A stretch of 64,000 nt of DNA from Candidatus Campbellbacteria bacterium (GCA_002698305.1 NZWR01000003.1:10794-74793), one strand, 5' to 3'. Shown: positions 7,756 through 16,955, counted from the stretch's first letter. Numbers and translations are program-made. Notes: generated by a model not told the origin, from the sequence alone.

Positions 7756-9924
7756 CTATGCAGTTTTTTCTTTACTTAAGATATCATGATACTCAACTCC
7801 CTCTCGAATTCTCCGTAAGCCTTTCTCGGCACTCGCGCTACTATCATCTGATTGTTGTTGGTGTAGTGTCTCTGCATGAGCATGTAAGTCTTTAAAATGT
7901 TTATGGGTTTGAGCGAAGTTGTTATCTTCTTCAAAAACTTCTGGAGCATTCTGGCTTTTTAATAAATGAAGGATAGTGTTCTGAACTTTCCTAATATCAT
8001 TTGTCACGTTATTTTCAGGATTGACTGCCTGGTCATGCTCGAGCCTCTTAAGGTAATCTACCAAGAGTGATATTTCAACGCTTTTAGGCGACATCAAGGC
8101 GTCAGGATTCATTTTTTGTGGCGCTATAATGCTCTCTGGTTGGTCCTGATGCTTGTCATTATTCTGAGTTTCTTTTGCAGAATTCTCCTCAGCAAGTGAG
8201 GCTTCTTTTTTTGCTTGAGTAGACGAAGCCTCTTTAATTTCAAGATCAACTACTTTGGCAACTTCTTCTAGGGTAGTAATTTGATTTACAATTTTAATCA
8301 CTCCATCTTCTGCCATGTTAAGCAGTCCCTGTTTTTCTGCGACGCGACGCACATCTTGTTCTGAAGGGTTTTTATTAAGCAGTTCCTCAATAGATTCATC
8401 GGTAATGATTGCTTCAAAAATTCCCATGCGGCCCTTATACCCTGTCTGATTACACACCTCACAACCAACAGGTTCCGCCAAGGTAATCTCTTGATCAGAA
8501 GAAACACCATATTCATGTAATGGTTTACTGTTGTTTTCAGCTCTTCGCAGAACAGAACGTAGGATCATTTGCTCTTCTTCAGTTGCTGGTCGTTTTTTAT
8601 GACAATTTTCACACACCTTTCGAACCAGTCGCTGCGCGAGGGATACAGTTAAGGCTGCTGCAAGAATTTGTGGTGAGACCCCAAGATCAATCAACCGTGG
8701 AATAACCCCAGCCGCTCCATTGGTATGGAGTGTTGAAAGCACAAGGTGACCAGTCAATGAAGCATTTACTGCAATTGAAGCTGTTTCAGCATCACGAATC
8801 TCTCCCACCATAACAATATCAGGATCCTGCCTGAGTGCGGCACGTAACCCAGAAAGAAAATCATATCCCCGGCTTCTATTTACTTGTGTTTGGCTGATAC
8901 CATCAAGATGGTATTCAATAGGATCTTCAATGGTTAGAATTTTTACTTCGGGGTTATACACCTTATTCATAAATGAATAGAGGGTTGTTGTTTTACCTGA
9001 ACCTGTCGGTCCTGTGGTCAAGATCATCCCGTTTGGTTTTTTAATTTCTTTAAGGAGAATTTCATAGAGCTTTGGCTCAATACCTAACTTTTCAAGACCT
9101 ACCTTGATTCCATCTGGATTCAAAATACGCATTACAAATGATTCACCATACGCGCTTGGAATCACTGATACACGCACCTCAATTTCCTTGCCGTCATAAT
9201 CAATGGTAAATCGTCCATCTTGGGCGTTACTGTTTTGCGTCAGTTTCATATTTGAAATCAGCTTAATTCGCGAAAGAAGTTTTTTATAGTCTTCGTGCGT
9301 CATTGTTGCAATATCTTGCAAAACTCCATCCTGCCGGAACCGTAGGCGCACAACTTCATCCTGAGCTTCAATATGAACGTCAGATGATCCAGTCGCAATT
9401 GCTCCAGCAAAAATAATCTCCATGATTTGCGTTGTTTTCTTCTGGCTATCATCAGCAAAAACCGCATTCATTTCATTTTGGATATCAGTATTTGAATTAA
9501 TATTTTCACTTAGTTTTTTGAGTTCAGCTTCTGAAATATCAAGCATTCCCCCTTCTGACTCAGTGGTTTTAGAAATATCTTGATATCGATCCCATGCTTT
9601 CTCTAAGCTCTTGGTTGATGCCATATGGACACCGAGGTTATATTTCTTTTCAAGCTTTTCAATGACTCGTTTTGTGTCTGGAAGATTAGGTGACTTAACT
9701 GCTACATACAAATCCTTTCCTACAATCTTAAAAGGAGCGATGAGTGCATGACGAGCATCACTTTCATCAATGACCGATAAGGCATCGGTTTCAACAGGGG
9801 TCCCTGACAAATCAATATACGGAAGCTTGAATTTTTCTGCGATTCGCTCAACAAACGATTCCTCTTCTTTGTGGCGAATTTCTGCGATTCTTTTATTTTG
9901 ACCTTTGTTATCAAAGTTTGGCAT
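7756..9924 (-). CDS. pilB: GspE/PilB-family secretion ATPase (type IV pilus assembly ATPase-like) with ~170-aa C-terminal extension
   Basis: N-terminal T2SSE_N-like region, Walker A TGPTGSGKTTTLYS, Asp/His boxes, tetra-Cys CENCHKK...CEVCNQTGYKGR. The conserved core ends near ..TTLEEVAKV and is followed by a low-complexity/helical tail. Confidence 0.85.
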   Translation of the reverse strand: MPNFDNKGQNKRIAEIRHKEEESFVERIAEKFKLPYIDLSGTPVETDALSVIDESDARHALIAPFKIVGKDLYVAVKSPNLPDTKRVIEKLEKKYNLGVHMASTKSLEKAWDRYQDISKTTESEGGMLDISEAELKKLSENINSNTDIQNEMNAVFADDSQKKTTQIMEIIFAGAIATGSSDVHIEAQDEVVRLRFRQDGVLQDIATMTHEDYKKLLSRIKLISNMKLTQNSNAQDGRFTIDYDGKEIEVRVSVIPSAYGESFVMRILNPDGIKVGLEKLGIEPKLYEILLKEIKKPNGMILTTGPTGSGKTTTLYSFMNKVYNPEVKILTIEDPIEYHLDGISQTQVNRSRGYDFLSGLRAALRQDPDIVMVGEIRDAETASIAVNASLTGHLVLSTLHTNGAAGVIPRLIDLGVSPQILAAALTVSLAQRLVRKVCENCHKKRPATEEEQMILRSVLRRAENNSKPLHEYGVSSDQEITLAEPVGCEVCNQTGYKGRMGIFEAIITDESIEELLNKNPSEQDVRRVAEKQGLLNMAEDGVIKIVNQITTLEEVAKVVDLEIKEASSTQAKKEASLAEENSAKETQNNDKHQDQPESIIAPQKMNPDALMSPKSVEISLLVDYLKRLEHDQAVNPENNVTNDIRKVQNTILHLLKSQNAPEVFEEDNNFAQTHKHFKDLHAHAETLHQQQSDDSSASAEKGLRRIREGVEYHDILSKEKTA

Positions 9925-9974
9925 AGATACCCTAGTATACCTTAGGAGGTGTTTAAAATCATCACCTTTATTTT

Positions 9975-10178
9975 TAAAAAAAAGAAACCACGTATTACGT
10001 GGTTTCTTTTACTTAAGTGCATTCACCTCTAAACAGGTCAGATAAAAACTTTAAAAAAGGATGACAAGACTTCAACGAGATCATCAGTATGACTGCTACT
10101 AAGGCAGGTACCAATGAATCCTATCCGCAGTGCCAAATTCGCGAGATCTGATTGTTTAGATGTGAATGAACTTAACCT
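9975..10178 (-). ncRNA. candidate ~200-nt structured sRNA (promoter-to-terminator unit; identity unknown, 6S-like size and closing stem)
   Basis: A consensus promoter lies upstream (next feature). The 5' segment GTTAAGTTCATTCACATCTAAACA..TCAGAT pairs with the 3' segment ATCTGA..TGTTTAGAGGTGAATGCACTTAAG, giving a ~30-bp interrupted closing stem. It ends in an 11-bp terminator hairpin (9983-10007) plus U8. No plausible ORF. Confidence 0.5.
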
Positions 10179-10184
10179 GATATA

Positions 10185-10213
10185 AATATATCACCTTTTT
10201 AATATTTTGTCAA
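10185..10213 (-). promoter_or_regulatory. near-consensus sigma70 promoter driving the sRNA candidate
   Basis: Minus-strand TTGACA (10208-10213), 17 nt, TATATT (10185-10190). Confidence 0.6.
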
Positions 10214-10346
10214 GTGCATTTCATGCACGCGATAAAACAAAGGTATTACGAATATACCAAAGGTATGGTAAATACCCAAGGCACAGCTGTGTATAATATG
10301 TGAATAAATAAATTCGTCAATACCTTAAGAAGAATTATACGCAAAA

Positions 10347-10355
10347 TGGTATACT
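10347..10355 (+). promoter_or_regulatory. extended -10 element (TGGTATACT) 6 nt upstream of the ruvB ATG, leaderless-type promoter
   Basis: TGgTATACT at 10347-10355, ATG at 10362. The same 18-mer, TGGTATACTCT(C/T)TGTATG, recurs at 39235-39252. Confidence 0.55.
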
Positions 10356-10361
10356 CTCTGT

Positions 10362-11348
10362 ATGTCACAGGACACACCAACAACACTTTCTCTTGATCCT
10401 CAGCTGCGCCCAAACTCGTGGGACGAGTATATTGGCCAAGAAAGTATTAAAAAAAATCTTCATATTCTACTTACTGCTGCTGAAGGGCGAGGACAGCAAC
10501 CCGAGCATATTCTCTTTTACGGCCCACCTGGCCTTGGAAAAACTACGCTCTCCCACCTTATCGCAAAAGAAATGAAACGTGATATTAAAATCACCTCTGG
10601 TCCAGCCATCGAAAAAGTTGGGGACCTTGCAAGTATTCTAACTAATCTTGGTAAGGGAGATATTTTGTTTATTGATGAAATTCATAGACTTAACAAAAGT
10701 ATTGAGGAGGTATTGTACCCTGCCATGGAATCAGGCGTGCTTGATATTATTATCGGAAAGGGTCCCTCTGCGAGAACGATTCAACTTGATTTACCTGAGT
10801 TCACCTTAATTGCAGCAACCACAAAAATAGCTATGCTTTCCGCCCCGCTACGTTCTCGTTTCTCCGGTGGTGTATTTAAGCTTGAATTTTATAGTGATCA
10901 AGAAATGGAGCAGATTATTTATCAGTCTGCGGGTAAACTTGGTATTGCTATTACTGACGGGGGTGTTCACACTATTGCGTCGCGCAGCCGGGCAACCCCT
11001 CGAACTGCAAATTATTTTTTAAAGCGCGTTCGTGATTATGCAGAAGTGCATAAAAAAAATATTGATGAGACCGCTGTTCTTGAGGCACTTGCCATGATTG
11101 GCGTTGATGAGCTTGGGCTTCGTCAAACTGACCGAGAAGTTCTTGTTGCCATTATTGATAAATTTGGTGGTGGTCCTGTTGGGGTCAAAACAATTGCAAC
11201 AGCCACCCACGATGAGGTTGACTCTATTGAGTCAGTCATCGAACCTTATCTTATTCAAAAAGGACTTATTGAATTAACACCGCGAGGACGGATTGCAACA
11301 GAACAAGCCTACCTCCATCTTGGAAAAGAAGGGTTTGTGCAAAAATAA
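10362..11348 (+). CDS. ruvB: Holliday junction branch migration helicase RuvB
   Basis: LRPNSWDEYIGQE, Walker A GPPGLGKTTLSHLIA, DEIHRL, sensor ATTKIAMLSAPLRSRF. Confidence 0.95.
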   Translation: MSQDTPTTLSLDPQLRPNSWDEYIGQESIKKNLHILLTAAEGRGQQPEHILFYGPPGLGKTTLSHLIAKEMKRDIKITSGPAIEKVGDLASILTNLGKGDILFIDEIHRLNKSIEEVLYPAMESGVLDIIIGKGPSARTIQLDLPEFTLIAATTKIAMLSAPLRSRFSGGVFKLEFYSDQEMEQIIYQSAGKLGIAITDGGVHTIASRSRATPRTANYFLKRVRDYAEVHKKNIDETAVLEALAMIGVDELGLRQTDREVLVAIIDKFGGGPVGVKTIATATHDEVDSIESVIEPYLIQKGLIELTPRGRIATEQAYLHLGKEGFVQK

Positions 11349-11437
11349 AATCACTTAGGTTTTTTTAATTTGGAGGTACTGTGTTATCCGCACGAAAGAA
11401 CTTGCTCAAAGAGATATCTCTGATTAAAATACATCGT

Positions 11438-11956
11438 ATGGGATCATCACACAAAAAACAAGGAAAAATCGCTGACAATAATGCAAAAAAAGCAAAAGTA
11501 TTTGGAAAGCTTGTTCGCCTTATCCAAGTAGAAGCAAAAAAATCAAACGGCGATGTTAACGCAGCGGGACTCTCTGCAGCCATCAAAAAAGCTTATAAAG
11601 AGAATATGCCCAAAGACACGGTTGAGCGTGCAATCAAAAAAGCCTCTGAAGCTGGTGATACTACCGAGGTTCTGTACGAAGCGTATGGACCAGGAGGTGT
11701 TGGGATTATTATTACCGGACTTACCGATAATACCAATCGCACCAATCAAGAAGTTAAAGCTATTTTGAGTAAAAATGGTGGTAATCTTGGTGCCGCTAAT
11801 TCTGTATCATGGAATTTTACTTTTAACGAAGACAGAGACTGGGTACCAAACACAACAATTGAAGTTTCAAAGGATCATCAAGAAGGATTGGAGACTCTTA
11901 TTGAATTTCTTGAAGAACATGATGATACGCAAAATATTTATCATAATGCACAATAA
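11438..11956 (+). CDS. yebC: YebC/PmpR-family regulator (short, 172 aa)
   Basis: MGSSHKKQGKIADNNAKKAKVFGKL.. matches the YebC N-terminus, plus LYEAYGPGGVGIII. Start moved to ATG 11438, with TAAAAT 7 nt upstream. Shorter than the typical ~240 aa. Confidence 0.75.
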   Translation: MGSSHKKQGKIADNNAKKAKVFGKLVRLIQVEAKKSNGDVNAAGLSAAIKKAYKENMPKDTVERAIKKASEAGDTTEVLYEAYGPGGVGIIITGLTDNTNRTNQEVKAILSKNGGNLGAANSVSWNFTFNEDRDWVPNTTIEVSKDHQEGLETLIEFLEEHDDTQNIYHNAQ

Positions 11957-11978
11957 AAACACCACGTAGGTGTTTTTA
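11955..11978. terminator. bidirectional terminator between yebC and PBP1A
   Basis: AACACC-acgta-GGTGTT with an A-run on the 5' side and a T-run on the 3' side. Confidence 0.75.
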
Positions 11979-14864
11979 TTCTATCTCAAGGAGAAACTCT
12001 ATTTCTTTAGCCACCACTCGATCATCTTCATCGGTAATAATAAACCGAGCAAGGTTTATTTCTTCAAAATAATTAAGATCTTCTGAAACAAACGAAAATA
12101 TAAACGGGGCGCTTCCGTCGTCTTCAACAAAAGCATTATTAATAAACAATTGAGCTTGCTTAATATCATCTTCGTCTATATCGTTAAATACTATTTCAAC
12201 TGTAATTTCTTCATCGCTCCCATATGATGTACCAGACTCAAGACCTTCTATTTCAAAAGTAAACGGTTCATTGAGAACCCCTCCTGAACCATCATCAGAT
12301 TCAGTTGGGATATCGAAATCAATATCAATAATTTCAGAAAGAAATTCCTCTGCATACTCCTGAACACCAAACTCCCAATTGTCATATTGTGGGTCATCTT
12401 GAGAAGTATCGAGTGTTGTTGGGTCATTTTTATCAATCCAGTGAAGAATGGTATGGGGCTCGGGTTGCGGCACCTCAAGAATAAGCTCTTCTGGGGTTGC
12501 ATCGGAAGCCAATAAACCTGACTCCTTATTAATTTTAACTGATGTTCCGCCATACCAATCTCCCTTAATCATATTTGGATAGTTTTCAAACTCTTCAGGT
12601 AAAGAATAGCTATCAAAATCATCAGCATCATATTTATCAAGCATGGCAGTCATATATGCCCGCCATGGTTTTCCAGAAATTGATGATCCTTTTTTCATTG
12701 GGCTATTGTCATTATTCCCAGTCCATACACCAACAGCAACCTCGTCACTGTATCCAATCAACCATGCATCACGGTTATCATTGGTGGTACCAGTCTTTCC
12801 AGCAATATCAGTATCACCAAAATAGAGAAATGATTGCGAACCAAAGAGTGGGGTACGTGCAGCATTATCAGAAAGAATACTATTTACCATGCGTGCTGCA
12901 TTCTTATCAAGTACCCGTTCTTCCTCAGGTTCATATTCATCAATAACACGCCCATCAAGGTCACGTACCTCCATAATAGCTGTAGGGGTGTTATACTCAC
13001 CTTCATTTGAAAGCACGCTGTAGGCACCTGTCATTTCTAGAAGAGAAACCTCTCCCCCTCCGAGTACCAAACCAAGTCCATAAAATTCAGGGGATTGGTT
13101 AAGTGACGTAATTCCCATGTCACGCGCCTTTTGAATAACGTTTCTTACTCCAGCTAAGTAGTTAACTTTAATCGCAGGAATGTTTCGTGACTCTGCTAAT
13201 GCTGCCCTGAAAGTAAGTGGACCTCTAAATTCAAAGTCATAGTTATTTGGAGAGTAACATCCATTTTCACTTGAGCGATCTGTTGGTGCACATCGTGCGT
13301 TAAATTGGGTTTCGGTATCAAAAATTGTGCTTTCTGGTAAATACCCTTTCTCAAAAGCAGTTGCGTACGCAATTGGTTTGAATGATGATCCTGGCTGTCG
13401 TGGTGCAATAGCAACATTAAAGTTTCCATCAAACCCCTCAGTATCAAAATAATCACGTGAACCAACCATAGTAATAATATGACCTGTTCCTGACTCTATT
13501 GCTACCAAGGCAGCATTTGATGCATCGAAATCTTCTTCAACCTCTTCAATATGCTCTTTAATAATTTCTTCTGCTTCTTGCTGCAGCTCATAATCAAGCG
13601 TTGTAATGACTTGAAGCCCACCATTTTGAACAACATCAGCTCCATAAGTTTCCTCAAGTTGCTCTCGCACATACTGAACGAAATGCAGTGATTTACCAAA
13701 ATTATCCTCTTCTGGTAAAAATTCCACAATTTCATTTGCCGCCTCCCTGTATTCTGCATCAGTAATAAATCCATAGCGCTTCATTTCAGTAAGTACTGTC
13801 TGTTGGCGCTGATCAAGTAAATCTTTGTTTTGCCGGTATGGAGAATAAAATGTTGGCCTGTTTGGTATTGCTGCAAGATATGCAGATTGTGCAATAGAAA
13901 GCTCTGAGGCTGGGATTCCAAAAAATCTTCGAGATGCCTCTTGAATTCCGTAGACTGTTCCCCCATATGGTGCTTCATTGAGATAGATCTCAAGAATTTC
14001 ATCTTTAGTTAATCTTCCTTCGATTTTATACGCAAGCACCCATTCTTTTACCTTTCGTGAAATAACTTGATCACGAGTAAGTAATGTATTTTTCACTACC
14101 TGTTGAGTAAGTGTTGACCCTCCAGCAGTACCAGCATCACTAAGACCTAATTTAGACATAAGGGTTTGAATAATAGCTCTAAACGTTGATTTCCACACAA
14201 CCCCATTATGTTCGTAAAATTCATGGTCTTCTATTGCAATAATGGCATCTTTCGCTGATTGAGTAATTTGATCAGTCCCAACTACTGTTCGCCTAATATC
14301 TTCATGAATATCATAGAGAAGTATTTCTCCAGTACGGTCAAAAATCTTTGTTGAATTAGCAATTTTTCTATTTTCAAAATTAGCAACACTTGGAATTTCC
14401 AAAGTAGCAAACCAAATAAAGAATGCAGCCAGACTAAAAACTATGAGCGCTAAAACTACGAGTGCTATTTTTTTGAAAAGTGAAAATCTTTTTTTATTCT
14501 TTTTTGGTGTTCTTTTATCCATAGTATTTTTTTGGTAGGTTTTAGAAACCTCTCTAATCTGGGTATACACCTTATTTTTCATCTGAAAAAAGTTGATATT
14601 TTTTACATATACCTTTTGTATATAATGTACCCCTCTTTCAAACACCTCCTGTGTTGCGCGTAGTAACTCTACACACACATCCCAAAAAAGAAAGAGTAGT
14701 GAGTGCACGGAGTTGTAAATTTTTTTTACCCCCGAAGGTTCTTTCTGAGAAAATTCTTGCGTTCTGCGTTTCTCCATGTACTGCCTATGTTTGCGGGCCA
14801 TTCGTGCCTGTCTTTTTAGGTGCTGCCGCGTGTGGTAGCTTTTCATATCATCACCAAAGTACAT
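11976..14864 (-). CDS. class A penicillin-binding protein (PBP1A-type glycosyltransferase/transpeptidase) with long N- and C-terminal extensions
   Basis: GT51 motifs EDHEFYEHNGV, GGSTLTQQ, RKVKEW. Transpeptidase motifs SSFKP, SRN, KTGTT. TM segment IALVVLALIVFSLAAFFIWF. Start placed at ATG 14864 (TATAAT 7 nt upstream); other in-frame starts are possible. Confidence 0.85.
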   Translation of the reverse strand: MYFGDDMKSYHTRQHLKRQARMARKHRQYMEKRRTQEFSQKEPSGVKKIYNSVHSLLFLFWDVCVELLRATQEVFERGVHYIQKVYVKNINFFQMKNKVYTQIREVSKTYQKNTMDKRTPKKNKKRFSLFKKIALVVLALIVFSLAAFFIWFATLEIPSVANFENRKIANSTKIFDRTGEILLYDIHEDIRRTVVGTDQITQSAKDAIIAIEDHEFYEHNGVVWKSTFRAIIQTLMSKLGLSDAGTAGGSTLTQQVVKNTLLTRDQVISRKVKEWVLAYKIEGRLTKDEILEIYLNEAPYGGTVYGIQEASRRFFGIPASELSIAQSAYLAAIPNRPTFYSPYRQNKDLLDQRQQTVLTEMKRYGFITDAEYREAANEIVEFLPEEDNFGKSLHFVQYVREQLEETYGADVVQNGGLQVITTLDYELQQEAEEIIKEHIEEVEEDFDASNAALVAIESGTGHIITMVGSRDYFDTEGFDGNFNVAIAPRQPGSSFKPIAYATAFEKGYLPESTIFDTETQFNARCAPTDRSSENGCYSPNNYDFEFRGPLTFRAALAESRNIPAIKVNYLAGVRNVIQKARDMGITSLNQSPEFYGLGLVLGGGEVSLLEMTGAYSVLSNEGEYNTPTAIMEVRDLDGRVIDEYEPEEERVLDKNAARMVNSILSDNAARTPLFGSQSFLYFGDTDIAGKTGTTNDNRDAWLIGYSDEVAVGVWTGNNDNSPMKKGSSISGKPWRAYMTAMLDKYDADDFDSYSLPEEFENYPNMIKGDWYGGTSVKINKESGLLASDATPEELILEVPQPEPHTILHWIDKNDPTTLDTSQDDPQYDNWEFGVQEYAEEFLSEIIDIDFDIPTESDDGSGGVLNEPFTFEIEGLESGTSYGSDEEITVEIVFNDIDEDDIKQAQLFINNAFVEDDGSAPFIFSFVSEDLNYFEEINLARFIITDEDDRVVAKEIEFLLEIE

Positions 14865-14892
14865 ACCTTGTATTATACATAGGAAAAAGTAA

Positions 14893-15375
14893 TTACAACG
14901 ATGATGTTCGCGATACAAGGTGAGTCAACGCAACAGCAATTGCATCAATTTCATCATCGAGATATTTCTTTTCAGGAAGTTTGATTAGCTTGGGAATCAT
15001 AGTGTTCATATCTTTTTTTGTGGCTCTTCCATAACTTGTTATTGCTACTTTTATCTGATTAGGTGTGTATTCATATATTTCACACCCAACATCTTGAGCT
15101 AGGTAATTACACACCCCCCGAATCTCTGAAACCTTAAGCGCTGTTGTTGTATTTTTTGCAAAATATAATGTCTCTTGGGCACACTCATCTGGTGAATACT
15201 TTTCTATCACATCTCTCACTTTTTTTCCTATTGTGTAGAGGCGTGTATTGAAATCATTTTTCTTTGAACTCATTAAACAATCAGAAAAAAGAATCGTTTT
15301 ACGATTCTTTTGTGTTTGCTCTACCACAGCAATACCAAGACGGTCATACCCAGGATCAAACGCTAGAACTCTCAT
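14893..15375 (-). CDS. ruvC: crossover junction endodeoxyribonuclease RuvC
   Basis: MRVLAFDPGYDRLGIAVVE... and C-terminal DEIDAIAVALTH. TGATATACT lies 6 nt upstream of the ATG. Confidence 0.9.
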   Translation of the reverse strand: MRVLAFDPGYDRLGIAVVEQTQKNRKTILFSDCLMSSKKNDFNTRLYTIGKKVRDVIEKYSPDECAQETLYFAKNTTTALKVSEIRGVCNYLAQDVGCEIYEYTPNQIKVAITSYGRATKKDMNTMIPKLIKLPEKKYLDDEIDAIAVALTHLVSRTSSL

Positions 15376-15377
15376 AT

Positions 15378-15617
15378 CTAGAGTATATCACGAATGATTA
15401 TATCTTTTTTCTGTGCTTGTTGAATAATGGTGGTTTTATTTTTTTTAAAATAGTGTTTTAAAGAGGGGTGACTTTTAATAATTAACCTTCCTTTTTGGAG
15501 TGTGTAGGTAAATTCTTCATCACCACCATACACCCTCTTTAAAATCACCATAAGCTCATCCTCTCTTTGAGGTGAAATCTTTTTGTTTTTAAGAAATTCT
15601 TTGATATTAAAATCCAT
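15378..15617 (-). CDS. small protein between dnaN and ruvC, possibly DUF721/DciA-like
   Basis: 79 aa. Both the position next to dnaN and the G.L.I...s pattern (QKGRLIIKSHPSLKHYF) are reminiscent of DUF721. Weak, by eye only. Confidence 0.35.
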   Translation of the reverse strand: MDFNIKEFLKNKKISPQREDELMVILKRVYGGDEEFTYTLQKGRLIIKSHPSLKHYFKKNKTTIIQQAQKKDIIIRDIL

Positions 15618-15627
15618 ACAACATGAA

Positions 15628-16728
15628 CTATCTATTCATTGGCATAATTAAATACAAGAAGCTTTCATCACCAACCGCAGATACCACGCAAGGTTTATTT
15701 TTTTCTGTAAATGAAAAGCTAACACTATCAGCTTGCACCACAGACAACACATCACTCACATATCGGTGATTCAAAAACATATCAATATCACCCCCGGTAA
15801 TCGCCGCATCAATAGTGGTTTTATTTTCTCCTACATCTGTATTTCGTGTGTGTAATGAAACTGATCCGCTATCTTTCTGTACCGAAAACGATATCTGATT
15901 GAAAGTATCAGAAAACACATTTACCAAACGTAGCGCATCTACTAAATCTGATTTTAATAAAATTGATTGTATATTTGATTCGGTAGGAATGATTTGTTTG
16001 TAGTCTGGATAATTTCCATCAACAATACGAGAGGTGAAGTAGATATCTTCAGATTGAATTGAGATTTGATTTTTTCCAATAACCACAGACACCCTATCTT
16101 CTATACCTTGGAAAATTTTTACGCACTCTGCAATATTCTTGATAGGTATAATAATACCCTCAAAATCAAGGTCAGTATCCGTAACTATTTTTTTCTCAGC
16201 CAACCTAAACGAATCTGTTGCAACAAAAATAAGGTTTTTACCATCAGGATAGATATATACACTTGCAATCTCAGGTTTAATATCTGACTGAGAAGCTGCA
16301 TAGTGTACTTTTTCAACCCCCTCAATAAACGTTTTCATTGGTAGCTCTATTTCTTGACCATCTTCAATTCGCGGAAGAGTTGGGAAATCTTGATCTGGAA
16401 ATAATTTAATGTCCATGTGTGATGTTTCTGTTTGGATAAGAAGTGTTTGTTCTTCTATCTTCAAAACAATTTTATCTTCACTAGAAAGACTTCCAATAAT
16501 TTTAGAAAAAATATCAAGGTTAACTAAAGCCGTTCCTGCAACCACCTCTTTTACTGCCACAGTCACCTCAACACCAACGTGGAGGTTGGTTGATCTCAAG
16601 GTAAGTGAATTTGACTCTGAGCTTAAAAGGATATTTTCAAGAACGGGAAGACTTAAGTTTTTTGAAGAAACTTTCTGAACACGATTCACAGCATTTTTTA
16701 ATTTTTCTACGGTTGTTTCTATGTGCAT
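15628..16728 (-). CDS. dnaN: DNA polymerase III beta sliding clamp
   Basis: 366 aa, directly downstream of dnaA, with typical three-domain length and N-terminus (MHIETTVEKLKNAVNRVQKVSS..LPVLENILL). Confidence 0.9.
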   Translation of the reverse strand: MHIETTVEKLKNAVNRVQKVSSKNLSLPVLENILLSSESNSLTLRSTNLHVGVEVTVAVKEVVAGTALVNLDIFSKIIGSLSSEDKIVLKIEEQTLLIQTETSHMDIKLFPDQDFPTLPRIEDGQEIELPMKTFIEGVEKVHYAASQSDIKPEIASVYIYPDGKNLIFVATDSFRLAEKKIVTDTDLDFEGIIIPIKNIAECVKIFQGIEDRVSVVIGKNQISIQSEDIYFTSRIVDGNYPDYKQIIPTESNIQSILLKSDLVDALRLVNVFSDTFNQISFSVQKDSGSVSLHTRNTDVGENKTTIDAAITGGDIDMFLNHRYVSDVLSVVQADSVSFSFTEKNKPCVVSAVGDESFLYLIMPMNR

Positions 16729-16955
16729 AGTATTTACTCTTTTATATATTTAAAATTTATTACTATTACTATTAGGGTTGTTGATACTGTGGAATAGTTT
16801 TAAGAGCTTTTAAATATAAGGTTATTTATAATAATTACCGGTGGTTTGTTGTATGGAAAACTTATGAATATGTTAAGGTTATACACCTTACTAAATATAC
16901 AGCTGTTAGTAACTTATATTTATAAACAGACTATACCTACATAATTCACAGGGTT
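16729..16955. other. AT-rich dnaA-dnaN intergenic region with degenerate DnaA boxes (possible oriC part)
   Basis: TGTGGAATA (16788-16796), TTATACACC and TAATTCACA each have 2 mismatches to TTATCCACA. Long A/T tracts at 16740-16775. Confidence 0.35.

Noticed and set aside
9975-10178. SRP (4.5S) RNA or c-di-GMP riboswitch upstream of pilB
   Set aside because: The plus strand contains CAGGTCAG and AAGGCAG, which recall SRP domain IV. However, there is no GNAR-capped helix with the conserved GGAA/AGCAGC arrangement, and the promoter and terminator orientation is on the minus strand. I could not find GEMM-like conserved motifs. pilB has its own -10 box after the terminator.
10242-10276. Two tandem small hairpins with the same GGTAT/ATACC stem upstream of ruvB
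   Set aside because: The stems are only 5 bp in AT-rich sequence, so they could easily arise by chance. Noted but not considered strong enough to report as a regulatory element.
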